From contig CAZOWM010000010.1 in the NCBI GenBank assembly GCA_964583615.1, positions 11,480 through 75,479 on the forward strand: a DNA stretch of 64,000 nt, read 5' to 3'. Under the pieces are notes generated by a model. The model saw nothing but the letters and a program-made list of their open reading frames with translations. It was not told the DNA's origin and made no database searches. Below are positions 9,757-19,218 of the stretch, in pieces. The position numbers and the translations under genes were made by a program. This stretch comes from an uncultured Spirochaetota bacterium (lineage in GTDB: Bacteria; Spirochaetota; B62-G9; DRHN01). Position 1 is the first letter of the stretch, and each line of letters begins with the position of its first letter.

Positions 9757-10686
9757 ATGAGTAAGGTACTGATTTCACCCCGTTCATTGACGCGGGACGG
9801 GCACCCCTCGCTCGATCTTTTGAGAGAGGCGGGGTACGAGGTCGTGTTCTGCACTCCGGGAAAACAGCCGACTGAGGAAGAGCTTATACGGCTTCTTCCG
9901 GGCTGCGTCGGGTTTTTGGCCGGAGTGGAAAAGATCACGGCAAAGGCGCTCGATGCGGCAAAGGGCCTCAAGGTCATCTCGAGAAACGGCTCGGGCATTG
10001 ACAACATCGATCTCGAAGCCGCGGAAAGGCTCGGCATCACGATCTGCAAGACAGAGGGTGCCAACGCAAAAGGAGTGGCGGAGCTTACGGTCGGCCTGAT
10101 GTTTGCACTCGTACGGCTTATCCCGCTTCACGACAGGACGATGAAAAGCGAGAGGTGGGAGAGAAAAAAGGGTATAGAGCTCGAAGGCTGCACGCTCGGG
10201 CTCCTCGGGTGCGGGCAGATCGGAAAAGAAGTGGCCCTCCGGGCGCTGGGGGTCGGCATGAAGGTGGCTGCGTTCAGACGACACCCCGACCTGTCGTTCG
10301 CGCCGTCCGATTCGTTCAGCTGGGGGTCATTCGACGAGGTGATCGAAAAGTCCGACATGATCAGCCTGCACAGGCCTGCTTCTCCTTCAGGAAAGCCCGT
10401 GATCGATGAGGGAGCCATTTTAAAAATGAAAAAAGGCGTGTACCTCATCAATACCTCCAGGGCAAGCCTCCTCGAGGATGCCTCTGTGCTCAAGGCTCTT
10501 GACGACGGGCATATCGCTGGTTTTGCAACCGATGTATATGACAAAGAGCCTCCGGATGATTACAGTCTCGTGCATCACGAACGCGTGATCGCCACCCCTC
10601 ATCTCGGCGGCTATACAGATGAGAGCGTTGACCGCGCGACAACGGCAGCGGTGGAAAACATCATCAACACGCTGAAAGCAAAATAA
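9757..10686 (+). CDS. D-isomer-specific 2-hydroxyacid dehydrogenase (SerA/glycerate dehydrogenase-like)
   Basis: SRNGSGIDNID, GCGQIG, INTSR, DVYDKEP, TPHLGG. No ACT domain. Confidence 0.9.
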   Translation: MSKVLISPRSLTRDGHPSLDLLREAGYEVVFCTPGKQPTEEELIRLLPGCVGFLAGVEKITAKALDAAKGLKVISRNGSGIDNIDLEAAERLGITICKTEGANAKGVAELTVGLMFALVRLIPLHDRTMKSERWERKKGIELEGCTLGLLGCGQIGKEVALRALGVGMKVAAFRRHPDLSFAPSDSFSWGSFDEVIEKSDMISLHRPASPSGKPVIDEGAILKMKKGVYLINTSRASLLEDASVLKALDDGHIAGFATDVYDKEPPDDYSLVHHERVIATPHLGGYTDESVDRATTAAVENIINTLKAK

Positions 10687-10765
10687 AAACGGCCCGGCTG
10701 GCAGCTTTACAGTCAGCGTGAAGGGTACCGTTTTCATTCAATAACACGAATCAAAGGAAAGGGCC

Positions 10766-11425
10766 ATGGAAAAGACAGAACTGTATGAAAAAATGGAAGA
10801 ATGCGGTGTGGTTCCAGTCATCGCCATAGAATCGCCGGATCTGGCGGTTCCCCTTGCGGATGCGCTCATCAAGGGAGGGCTCCCTGTTGCAGAAATTACT
10901 TTTCGGACAAAAGCGGCTGCAGAGGCGATCAGCATTCTGAAAAAGGAGCGGCCGGACATTTTCCTGGGAGCAGGAACGATCCTCACCGTGGACCAGCTGC
11001 TGAGCGCAAAGGAATGCGGCGCGGTGTTCGGAGTCACCCCGGGCCTGAACCCCGAGGTGGTAAAGAAAGCTGTGGATATCGGATTCCCTCTGTTTCCGGG
11101 GGTGATGACGCCTTCTGAAATAGAGCAAGGGCTGTCGTTCGGAATAAAGGTGCTCAAGTTTTTCCCTGCCGAAGCAAGCGGCGGCGTGTCAATGCTCAAG
11201 GCGGTGTCTGCCCCGTACAGCCACCTCGGGGTGCGGTTCATCCCCACAGGAGGGGTCAATCAAAACAACCTCACAGACTACCTGGCGCTTCCTCAGGTCA
11301 TAACGGCAGGGGGGACGTGGATCGCGAAAAAGGACATGATCTCACAACATCAGTGGGATTTGATCGAAAAAAATGCCGCTGCAGTGGTTGAGACCGTTTC
11401 CAGGATTCGCGGGGAGCGCTTCTGA
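10766..11425 (+). CDS. eda: KDPG/KHG aldolase
   Basis: EITFRT, GAGTIL, TPSEI, LKFFPAE (Schiff-base Lys), PTGGV. Confidence 0.93.
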   Translation: MEKTELYEKMEECGVVPVIAIESPDLAVPLADALIKGGLPVAEITFRTKAAAEAISILKKERPDIFLGAGTILTVDQLLSAKECGAVFGVTPGLNPEVVKKAVDIGFPLFPGVMTPSEIEQGLSFGIKVLKFFPAEASGGVSMLKAVSAPYSHLGVRFIPTGGVNQNNLTDYLALPQVITAGGTWIAKKDMISQHQWDLIEKNAAAVVETVSRIRGERF

Positions 11426-11469
11426 ACGGTGCGGACTATTAATCACATGTGAAGGTTTTGGAGGATACA

Positions 11470-12078
11470 ATGAAACCGGTTATCAAGGACAACATGGTGT
11501 TGAAGCCATTTACTGTGGGATGGGACCCGAATGACGGGATAATGGACGATCCGGACAATCATGTTGAGCGCTTTCTCAGCACGCTCACGAATATGTTTTA
11601 CGATGCGGATGCGGCAGAGCGCTTTTTGAAAGAACACGGAGATGTACTGCTCTACGAAGTGTATGAGAAAACGATTCCCCAGAGAGACGGAGAGATTCAG
11701 TTTTGCTCGAGCATCACCCACCCGGGAAAAATCGGAGCAGAGTACTTTATGACAAAGGGGCATTTTCACGCCCGCCGCGACACCGCGGAGATTTACTACT
11801 GCCTGCGGGGAAAGGGGTATATGCTCATGGAGCTGGAAAACGGAGAATACGAAATCGGTGAGCTCCTGCCGGGAAAGACCGTGTACGTGCCCGGAAATTA
11901 TGCACACCGCTCGATCAATGTGGGAGACGAGACACTCATTTCGCTCGCAGTGTATCCTGGAGATGCGGGGCACGATTACGGGTCGATAGAGACGAGCGGG
12001 TTCAAGCACGTGGTCGTTGAGAAAAACGGGAAACCGGAAGTGATCGAAAACCCGCGCTACGGGCGCATGAAGGCGTAA
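11470..12078 (+). CDS. Archaeal-type cupin glucose-6-phosphate isomerase family protein
   Basis: MTKGHFH, AEIYYCLRGKG, AHRSIN.G, AGHDY metal-binding motifs. GAGGA SD before ATG 11470. Confidence 0.85.
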   Translation: MKPVIKDNMVLKPFTVGWDPNDGIMDDPDNHVERFLSTLTNMFYDADAAERFLKEHGDVLLYEVYEKTIPQRDGEIQFCSSITHPGKIGAEYFMTKGHFHARRDTAEIYYCLRGKGYMLMELENGEYEIGELLPGKTVYVPGNYAHRSINVGDETLISLAVYPGDAGHDYGSIETSGFKHVVVEKNGKPEVIENPRYGRMKA

Positions 12079-12107
12079 ACACGAAAAGGTGCGAGGAGGG
12101 TAACTGT

Positions 12108-13937
12108 ATGAAATATAAAGGTGCGTATCTTGGAAAGATGTTACGGGTGAATCTCAGCACGAAGCGGACGAGCATTCAGCAGCTCAAAGAGAACGAGGTC
12201 GCCAAGCTGCTTGGAGGGCGGGGCCTCGCAGCGAAGTTATACTACGACGAGATCGGGCCGGAGGTCAAACCCCTTGACCCGGAGAACAAGGTAATCTTCG
12301 TCACCGGTCCGCTTACAGGAGTACGGCTTCCTTCGACGACGAAATTTCAGCTCGCGACAAAAGGCGCGGAAACCAACATGTACCTGTGCTCCAACTGCGG
12401 CGGTGATTTCGGCCCCTATCTCAAGAAAAGCGGGCTGGACGGAATGATCATCGAAGGAAGGGCGGACGACTGGACCTATTTGATGCTTATTAACGGGGAG
12501 GTGACCTTCGGTGATGCGAGACCCATGGAGGGAATGACTACGGGCCAGACTCTCAAGGCCCTCAAAGAGGCAATCGGAGACTCACGTGCGGCTGCGCTCT
12601 CGATCGGCCCGGCAGCCGAAAAACTCGTGCGCATCTCCTGCATCTGCGTGGACACGCGGGCGTTCGGACGCGGCGGCGCAGGAGCGGTGCTGGGATCGAA
12701 AAAGCTGAAGGGCATTGTCGTGAAAGGTTCGGGCAAGATTCCTGTTGCAAATCAGTCAAAGATCGATGAATTCAGGAAGGCGGCGATACAAAATCTCAGG
12801 GAAACACGCGCCAATCACACAAAATACGGAACACCTCAGTACATCGAAGTGATAAATGAGCTCGGCTGCATGCCCACGAGAAACTTTCAGACCACCTATT
12901 TCGAAGGCGTAAGCAAAGTCGACGCGCACGTGATGTACGACCAGTATCTCGATAGGAACTACGCCTGCTACATGTGCCCTGTTGCGTGTGGAAAGGTGTG
13001 CATTGTGAAAGAGGGGCCGTACAAGGGGGCGCAGGCCCGCACTGAGTATGAAACGATTGCCCTTCTCGGCCCTGATTGCGGAGTAGACGACTTCGGCGCA
13101 ATCGTGAAGGGAAACGAAGTGTGTGACGAACTCGGAATCGACACGATGTCAGGCGGTAATGCTGTTGCGCTTACCATGGAGCTCTATGAAAAAGGGCTTA
13201 TTACAAAAGAGGACACAGACGGTATCGAAGCCCGCTTCGGTTCCGGGGACGCGCTGATCGGGATCCTCAGGCTGATCGCCGAGCGGAAGGGTATAGGTGA
13301 TCTGCTTGCCGAAGGAATGTCAGGTGTGCTTGCGGCGCATCCCGAATGGAGCCCCTATATCATGCAGGTCAAGGGTCTGCCTTTTGCAGCATATGATCCG
13401 CGCGGGTTTTACGGAAACTCCCTCACCTACGGCACATCAAGCAGGGGTGCGTGCCACAACGTCGGCGGATGGACGATCCGTGCGGAGCTGACGAGTGGAA
13501 AATACGACAGGTACGCTCTCACGGGCAAGGGCCTCCTGGTAAAGACCATCCAGGACAACAGAGCCTATGTTGACAGTCTCGGGATCTGCACGGTGGTGAG
13601 AGGCTCCATGAATTTTTCGGACAGCCCGGAAGGCGGGGTCATGGAGGCGGTCACAGGGTACGATTTTACTCCTGAGCTTCTGGCTATCGGAGAGCGCATC
13701 TACACCCTCGAACGGCTGATCCTCAACAGGGAGGGCATCAGAAGAAAAGACGACATGATGCCTGAGAGAATCATGAAAGAGGCTGTCCCTTCCGGGCCGA
13801 TTAAAGGGCAGCGCCTCACCCCTGAAATGTACAATGAGATGCTCGACGAGTATTATGAGGTCCGCGGGTGGGACAGTGAAGGGGTCCCCACAGAGGAAAC
13901 GATTGAAAAACTGGGGCTCAAAGAGATTATTTCCTGA
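12108..13937 (+). CDS. aor: Aldehyde:ferredoxin oxidoreductase (W/Mo-bis-pterin AOR family)
   Basis: GRGG.GAV.GSKKLK, CYMCPVAC 4Fe-4S motif, EYET, DELGID, AYDPRG, GACH. 609 aa. Confidence 0.93.
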   Translation: MKYKGAYLGKMLRVNLSTKRTSIQQLKENEVAKLLGGRGLAAKLYYDEIGPEVKPLDPENKVIFVTGPLTGVRLPSTTKFQLATKGAETNMYLCSNCGGDFGPYLKKSGLDGMIIEGRADDWTYLMLINGEVTFGDARPMEGMTTGQTLKALKEAIGDSRAAALSIGPAAEKLVRISCICVDTRAFGRGGAGAVLGSKKLKGIVVKGSGKIPVANQSKIDEFRKAAIQNLRETRANHTKYGTPQYIEVINELGCMPTRNFQTTYFEGVSKVDAHVMYDQYLDRNYACYMCPVACGKVCIVKEGPYKGAQARTEYETIALLGPDCGVDDFGAIVKGNEVCDELGIDTMSGGNAVALTMELYEKGLITKEDTDGIEARFGSGDALIGILRLIAERKGIGDLLAEGMSGVLAAHPEWSPYIMQVKGLPFAAYDPRGFYGNSLTYGTSSRGACHNVGGWTIRAELTSGKYDRYALTGKGLLVKTIQDNRAYVDSLGICTVVRGSMNFSDSPEGGVMEAVTGYDFTPELLAIGERIYTLERLILNREGIRRKDDMMPERIMKEAVPSGPIKGQRLTPEMYNEMLDEYYEVRGWDSEGVPTEETIEKLGLKEIIS

Positions 13938-13981
13938 GCCGCACCGCTCGATTCGGGCAACCGGACCGAACTTCGAAGAGG

Positions 13982-14287
13982 ATGAGATATTGTATGGGCA
14001 CGATGCGTGTAGATGAAGCACGGTCTGAGGTTTGCGTCACACTGAAGTATCTTGCATCAATCAGAGACCGGACCGGGTGCAGGGAGGAGAGCGCATATTT
14101 TCCTCAGGGGAGTACCCTCATGGATGTCCTGGTCCTGCTCGGAGAAAAGTACGGGATTTCTCTGCCCGACCCTCAAATACTCCTCATTGTAGACGGGAGA
14201 GGATGGAAACAGCTCCCCATAAAGTTCTCCACGCCGTTGCAGTCCGGAAACACGATCTGCCTTCTTCCACCCATCGCAGGGGGGTGA
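13982..14287 (+). CDS. MoaD/ThiS sulfur-carrier protein
   Basis: Ubiquitin-like size, C-terminal LLPPIAGG, follows aor. Exact start uncertain. Confidence 0.85.
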   Translation: MRYCMGTMRVDEARSEVCVTLKYLASIRDRTGCREESAYFPQGSTLMDVLVLLGEKYGISLPDPQILLIVDGRGWKQLPIKFSTPLQSGNTICLLPPIAGG

Positions 14288-14347
14288 AGCAGAAAGGACA
14301 CATACGCCTGATAGAGTGCACCGTGACGCTTGTATGAGGGGGCCCAT

Positions 14348-15115
14348 ATGGAAGAAAAAATACCGTTTCTAACGCAGGCCGAGAAAGAACGTTACAACCG
14401 GCAGATGATCCTTCCGGGGTGGGGAGAAGAGGGACAGCGAAAGCTCAGAACAACAGAAGTCTTCATTGCGGGTGCCGGAGGGCTGGGCAGCGCTGCCGCT
14501 CTGTACCTTGCTGCTGCTGGTATCGGGAGCATCAGAATCTGCGATTCGGGAAAAGTCGAACATTCCAATCTGAACCGCCAAATTCTTTATACCGGCGATG
14601 CTGTGGGAGAAAAAAAGGCGGATTTCGCGGTTCGTGCGGTTTCGCAGCTGAATCCTCACGTGCAGATCGAGCCTCTTTTTGGAAGCATCGAACCGGGCAC
14701 TATTTCGTCTCTTGTCGGTGAAGCGAAAATCATCATCGACTGCCTCGATAATTTTCCCGCCCGCTGTATTCTCAACGAATATGCGGTCGGTATGCGGCTC
14801 CCGTTGATTCACGCGGGAGTGTACGGTTTTTCCGGACAGGCTACCTTCATACACTCACCTGAAACCCCCTGCTTGAAATGCATATTCCCGGAGACACCGC
14901 AGCCTGCGGCCTTGCCCGTGGTTGGCACTGCCGCCGGAATACTCGGGTGTGTCGAGGCGCAGGAAGCGTTGAAGTACCTTATCGGCAAAGGAAGGCTTCT
15001 CAAGAACAGGCTCCTCATCTGGGATGGCGACGGGTCGAGCTTTGAGGAGATTCACGTGGAGAAAAACCCTGAATGTGAGGTGTGCGGCACACCGGAGGCA
15101 AAAGGCTCAGAGTGA
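14348..15115 (+). CDS. moeB: MoeB/ThiF adenylyltransferase
   Basis: RYNRQ, GAGGLG, SNLNRQ, DCLDN, CLKC and CEVC zinc motifs. GAGGGG SD. Confidence 0.9.
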   Translation: MEEKIPFLTQAEKERYNRQMILPGWGEEGQRKLRTTEVFIAGAGGLGSAAALYLAAAGIGSIRICDSGKVEHSNLNRQILYTGDAVGEKKADFAVRAVSQLNPHVQIEPLFGSIEPGTISSLVGEAKIIIDCLDNFPARCILNEYAVGMRLPLIHAGVYGFSGQATFIHSPETPCLKCIFPETPQPAALPVVGTAAGILGCVEAQEALKYLIGKGRLLKNRLLIWDGDGSSFEEIHVEKNPECEVCGTPEAKGSE

Positions 15116-15172
15116 TAAATACCGGGCTGGTGCCGGCCGCGTTTTCACACTGCGCGGTTGCTTCTCATGCGC

Positions 15173-15520
15173 TCACTTCTCTTCCGGAGGAAGAATGTCG
15201 TCTACCGTGAAGGGTTTACCATCTTTTCCCGCAGAAAAAAGCACGTAGTGGCCGCTGAGTTTCTCGTAATAGTAGGGTCTTCCCCATGCATCTTTCAGGA
15301 TGCCGGTGTCCTGTATGTTTTTATTTTTGAAAAGTTCTTCGAGGGTATCCGGGTATTCGCCGAACTCCCGTTTGTAGAGTTCGAGTGCAAGGGACATGGT
15401 TTTCAACCCGTCATGTGTGATGAGGGAATTGACGGAATCCGTCGGTGTTTTCCTTGATTCACAGCAAAGCGTACCGCAGCTGAGAATGAAACACAAAAAT
15501 ATGAGAGAGAATATATTCAT
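15173..15520 (-). CDS. GspG C-terminal-domain (T2SSG-like) small exported protein, probable lipoprotein
   Basis: ALELYK..FGEYP..LEEL, DAWGRPY.Y, LFSAGKDG...DDI. Possible lipobox ILSC. No prepilin G-F cleavage site. Confidence 0.7.
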   Translation of the reverse strand: MNIFSLIFLCFILSCGTLCCESRKTPTDSVNSLITHDGLKTMSLALELYKREFGEYPDTLEELFKNKNIQDTGILKDAWGRPYYYEKLSGHYVLFSAGKDGKPFTVDDILPPEEK

Positions 15521-16737
15521 AAAACCCTCTCCGCGATTCGTCGGGTATTTTGTTCCACGTAGCGCCTGATCTCTTCTGCCATGAGCTTTATGCTCCCCCT
15601 TCCCGCCATTCTTATTTTACCATTTTCCTCGATTTTTTTTAACAGGAAACCGTCTTTGAGAGTATCAAGTATGCTCCACGCGATACGCTCTGGGTCCGGC
15701 GGTCCGATCTGAAGCGAAAGGCCGAGAAGGCGTTTTTGCGCGACCAGGAATTTTTCCGTCATCTGGGGGCCTTTTCCCCAGAATGCGAAGACGGGCTTTC
15801 CCAGTCCGGCCGCCTGCTCGTTGCCTGTCCCGGACAGTCCGATAACGGCCCTCGATTCATTGATGATGTCCCCGAACGAGGTCTGGGAAATCACAATTTC
15901 CGCCGTGCTCCGGGGCAGCTCGTACTGAAGCGCGTCCCGGATGAGTATTTCTTCTGTTTTCGGGACCTGTCGAAGGTGGAAACCATGCACCACTTTTTCC
16001 CGGTCAAGATTTGGAGACAGCGCGACAGCGAACAGCAACAGCAGGTCTTTTTCAGCAAGTTTTCGCACAATATGGAACGCGACCTGAAGGTTGCCGTACG
16101 CTTCCTTTTTGCTTCCCGGAAGTATTCCCACTAGTGTCCTCTTAACTGGAAACCGCGGGCCCTCGGAAAGCGAGAAGCAGTCCATCATCGGGTTTCCCGT
16201 GCATTTCACGTTTTCGAGCCCTTTTGAGGCGAGGTAGCGTGCGGTTTTTTGGTCCCTCACAAAAACGAGCCCTGCAAATCTTTTCAGCCACTGCCTCTCA
16301 ACCGTGCTGTAATGCTGTTTGAACGCCTTTTTGGATCCGTACCATTCTGATTGCTGAACACCGACAAAGATGCGGTTCGCTTTTGGCTTTTTTGTGTATA
16401 TACCGTTGAGGAGGAGGAGGTAGGGATCTCCTGTAAGAACGAGGTAATCGGAGTGTGAGGAGGCCTTTCTCAAAGACATTCCGAGTTTGAGAGTTTTATG
16501 AAAAAACCCGTTCAGGATATCGTTGAACAGGTCCCTGAAGCTTCGGACAAACCCTTCGCTTGGAAAATTAGGCCCCCTGCCTGCGAGCTCAATTCCTGAA
16601 TCTGTGTAGAATTTTCCTCCCCCAACTGTAGGAAACCCATTCACCGTGCAGCCGGGAAAGTATTGGGGGAATACACGCGCGATGTGCGCGGATACATTGT
16701 CTTCTCCGTACCCGTTCGAAATAAAGAGAAATTTCAT
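15517..16737 (-). CDS. Lipid-A-disaccharide-synthase-related (LpxB-like) GT-B protein
   Basis: FISNGYGED, P.VG.G, PSEGF, GNPMMD, LPGS, GTGNEQAAGLGKP; resembles the cyanobacterial LpxB-related family. Confidence 0.8.
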   Translation of the reverse strand: MKFLFISNGYGEDNVSAHIARVFPQYFPGCTVNGFPTVGGGKFYTDSGIELAGRGPNFPSEGFVRSFRDLFNDILNGFFHKTLKLGMSLRKASSHSDYLVLTGDPYLLLLNGIYTKKPKANRIFVGVQQSEWYGSKKAFKQHYSTVERQWLKRFAGLVFVRDQKTARYLASKGLENVKCTGNPMMDCFSLSEGPRFPVKRTLVGILPGSKKEAYGNLQVAFHIVRKLAEKDLLLLFAVALSPNLDREKVVHGFHLRQVPKTEEILIRDALQYELPRSTAEIVISQTSFGDIINESRAVIGLSGTGNEQAAGLGKPVFAFWGKGPQMTEKFLVAQKRLLGLSLQIGPPDPERIAWSILDTLKDGFLLKKIEENGKIRMAGRGSIKLMAEEIRRYVEQNTRRIAERVL

Positions 16738-16754
16738 TTTTTCAGCCGCTTTTT

Positions 16755-17525
16755 CTATTCGCCTGAACGAACGGGGTTTCTCAACACGCCGATTCCCTCA
16801 ACCTCGATCTCGACGGTATCTCCATCCTTCATTGGACCGACTCCGGACGGTGTTCCGGTGGAGATGATGTCACCAGGATTGAGCTTCATGATGAAGGAGA
16901 CAAAGGAAAACAGAAAAAACATGGGAAAAATGAAATTACATGTGTTGGAAAACTGTTTTTCACCCCCGTTCAGCCTCGATCGTACATTCACATTGTTGGG
17001 GTCGAGTTCTGTTTCTATGACGGGACCGATCGGACAGAACGTGTTGAATGACTTTGACCGCGTCCACTGACCGTCTGTTCGCTGCAGGTCGCGCGCCGTG
17101 ACATCGTTCAGACAGGTATATCCGAGAATGTAGTCTTCTGCGTCATCCTGAGGTATTTTATACGCCTCTTTTTTCACCACTGCGGCCAGTTCAGCCTCAT
17201 AGTCAACTCTTTTCGATGATGATGGCAGCACAATAGCGTCTCCGGGGCCGATCACCGCGGTGGCCGGCTTTATAAAGAGCACAGGCTCTTCGGGTATGTG
17301 ATGGTCGAACTCCTGTGCGTGGTCACGATAGTTGATTCCGACGGCAATGATCTTTGTAGGTGTTACCGGTGCAAGGACCTTGAGCTTTTCAAGGCGGACC
17401 GATTCTTCTTCCTGCGTACGGAAAACTGAGAATATATCGCCTTTTATCATATGCACACGTCCGTTTTTCAAAACTCCATAGCGGTTATCATTTTCCTGTT
17501 CCTGTGAATACCGTATAATTTTCAT
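16755..17525 (-). CDS. Fumarylacetoacetate hydrolase family protein
   Basis: KIIAVGINY, EPVLFIKP, DYEAEL, NDVTARD, WTRSKSF, GDIISTGTPSGVG. Confidence 0.93.
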   Translation of the reverse strand: MKIIRYSQEQENDNRYGVLKNGRVHMIKGDIFSVFRTQEEESVRLEKLKVLAPVTPTKIIAVGINYRDHAQEFDHHIPEEPVLFIKPATAVIGPGDAIVLPSSSKRVDYEAELAAVVKKEAYKIPQDDAEDYILGYTCLNDVTARDLQRTDGQWTRSKSFNTFCPIGPVIETELDPNNVNVRSRLNGGEKQFSNTCNFIFPMFFLFSFVSFIMKLNPGDIISTGTPSGVGPMKDGDTVEIEVEGIGVLRNPVRSGE

Positions 17526-17641
17526 CTGGCCGCTCCGAAAAGTGCGTAAAAACGATGTTTTTTCACCTGGTTGGTAATATATTATAGTGGTAAATTTTTG
17601 ATATACAACATTATTTTATCTTTATGCGCAAGGGTTTTTCG

Positions 17642-18877
17642 ATGAAAAAGGTCATACTTGTATTTTTATTTGTTCTTGCTGCGTCAAATATGTATGCGAA
17701 GAAGATAGAAATAAGTTTCTGGCACAGCCTCGGGTTTCACGTGAAGGAACTCATCGAACAAATGGCTGAAGAGTACAACACGGATCATCCGAAAGTCAAG
17801 GTCAACCCTGTATTCCAGGGACTCTACGAAGAAATGCAGGTAAAGATGCTCGCGGCAGCGGTCACCCGGCAGCTTCCTGATGTTGCGCAGGTCCAGATAG
17901 AGTACCTCGATCCATATGTGGAAAACGGAATACTTGACCCCATCGACGACGAAATCCCTTCTGACCTCCGTGAGGACATTCTCGACAAATTTTGGGGCGT
18001 CGTTTCCCGGGATGGGCATATTTACGCGGTTCCATTCTGTATAAGCACGACGGTGTTTTTTTACAATGCGGATATTTACAAGGAAGCGGGATTGGATCCT
18101 GAGAACCCCCCGCGTACGTGGGAAGAGATGATTCGGATGGGAAAAAAGCTTACACGAGATACGGACGGAGACGGGAAGTATGATAAATATGCGATGATGT
18201 TCTGGGCCGACGGGTTTTACGGCATCATGCCCATTTTCTGGGCAAACGGCGGTGAGTTCTTTTCACCGGACGGAAAGGTAGTTCTCACCTCAGATGAAAT
18301 GGTTCGTACAATCAGAATGCTGATGGATTTGATCTTCAAGTACAGGATCATGCCGCGGAACTGGACTGACTGGGAGGGAGGACAGGCATTTCTCACCGGT
18401 GACCTCGCAATGGGTTCGTTCACGGGCGCGGCAATTAGCTATGGAGAGCAGAATCTTCCGTGGACATTGAAGATAGCTCCCCTGCCTGCAATAAACGGAA
18501 AACGCTACACAGTGCTCGGTGGATCGGCACTGACGAACTTTAGCTCGAACAAGAAGAAAAGCAGGGCAGTCAACGATTTCATCTTCTGGTGTGTGAGCAA
18601 GGAGAACACGATACGGCTGCACGAGAAGATAGGGTACATACCGGTTCGAAAATCCGCCCTCGACTCTCTCGAGCTGAAAGCCTTTCTCAGGGAGAATCCG
18701 AATTTCGCCGTTTCGATCGAGGGGGTCGAGTACGCACGGCCCCTTCCTGCGCACGTCGAATACTACAAGATGAACAAACTGATACGCGACATGCTGCAGC
18801 GGCTCATACTGAATGAAGCGGACATAGAAGAGGAGCTCGCAAAGACGGAAAGACAGATAAACGACCTCATCGAATAA
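17642..18877 (+). CDS. ABC transporter substrate-binding protein (UgpB/SBP_bac_1 family)
   Basis: Signal peptide, EISFWHS, PDVAQ, YAVPF..ST.VFFYNADI, P.TWEEM, GGSAL, GYIPVRKSA. Confidence 0.88.
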   Translation: MKKVILVFLFVLAASNMYAKKIEISFWHSLGFHVKELIEQMAEEYNTDHPKVKVNPVFQGLYEEMQVKMLAAAVTRQLPDVAQVQIEYLDPYVENGILDPIDDEIPSDLREDILDKFWGVVSRDGHIYAVPFCISTTVFFYNADIYKEAGLDPENPPRTWEEMIRMGKKLTRDTDGDGKYDKYAMMFWADGFYGIMPIFWANGGEFFSPDGKVVLTSDEMVRTIRMLMDLIFKYRIMPRNWTDWEGGQAFLTGDLAMGSFTGAAISYGEQNLPWTLKIAPLPAINGKRYTVLGGSALTNFSSNKKKSRAVNDFIFWCVSKENTIRLHEKIGYIPVRKSALDSLELKAFLRENPNFAVSIEGVEYARPLPAHVEYYKMNKLIRDMLQRLILNEADIEEELAKTERQINDLIE

Positions 18878-19218
18878 ATTGGAATGCATTTTTATTTTCG
18901 CTCAGGAGAGTATCACTTCACTCCGGAATTCCTGAAAACATCATACTTTCAACATACGAGGGTTTCTGAAATAATCCCCTATGCAGTGCTCTGCACCATA
19001 AAACGAAGCGGTTATCCACATCAACGTGTACAGGCGGCTGCTTTTTCAGCAGTTGAGTGGTGTAACCGATTCCACGAAGGATGTATTCAACGGGGGGCGA
19101 AACCTTTTATCCGAAAGAAATGCAGCACAGGATTATGTTGGAATTTGCGTGTCACTAGTATTAGGTTAGAAAAAACACACGGTGAAAAACCGGGACGCTG
19201 TGATCAGGGAAGGGTAAC

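Noticed and set aside
2531-15141. GTGCCGGCCGCG shared by two intergenic regions (2531-42 and 15130-41) as a REP-like element
   Set aside because: Only two copies of a GC-rich 12-mer, compatible with chance or terminator composition.
19012-19020. Perfect DnaA box TTATCCACA in a long intergenic region
   Set aside because: It is a single copy; about one is expected by chance in 64 kb on two strands. There is no box cluster, unwinding element or dnaA nearby.
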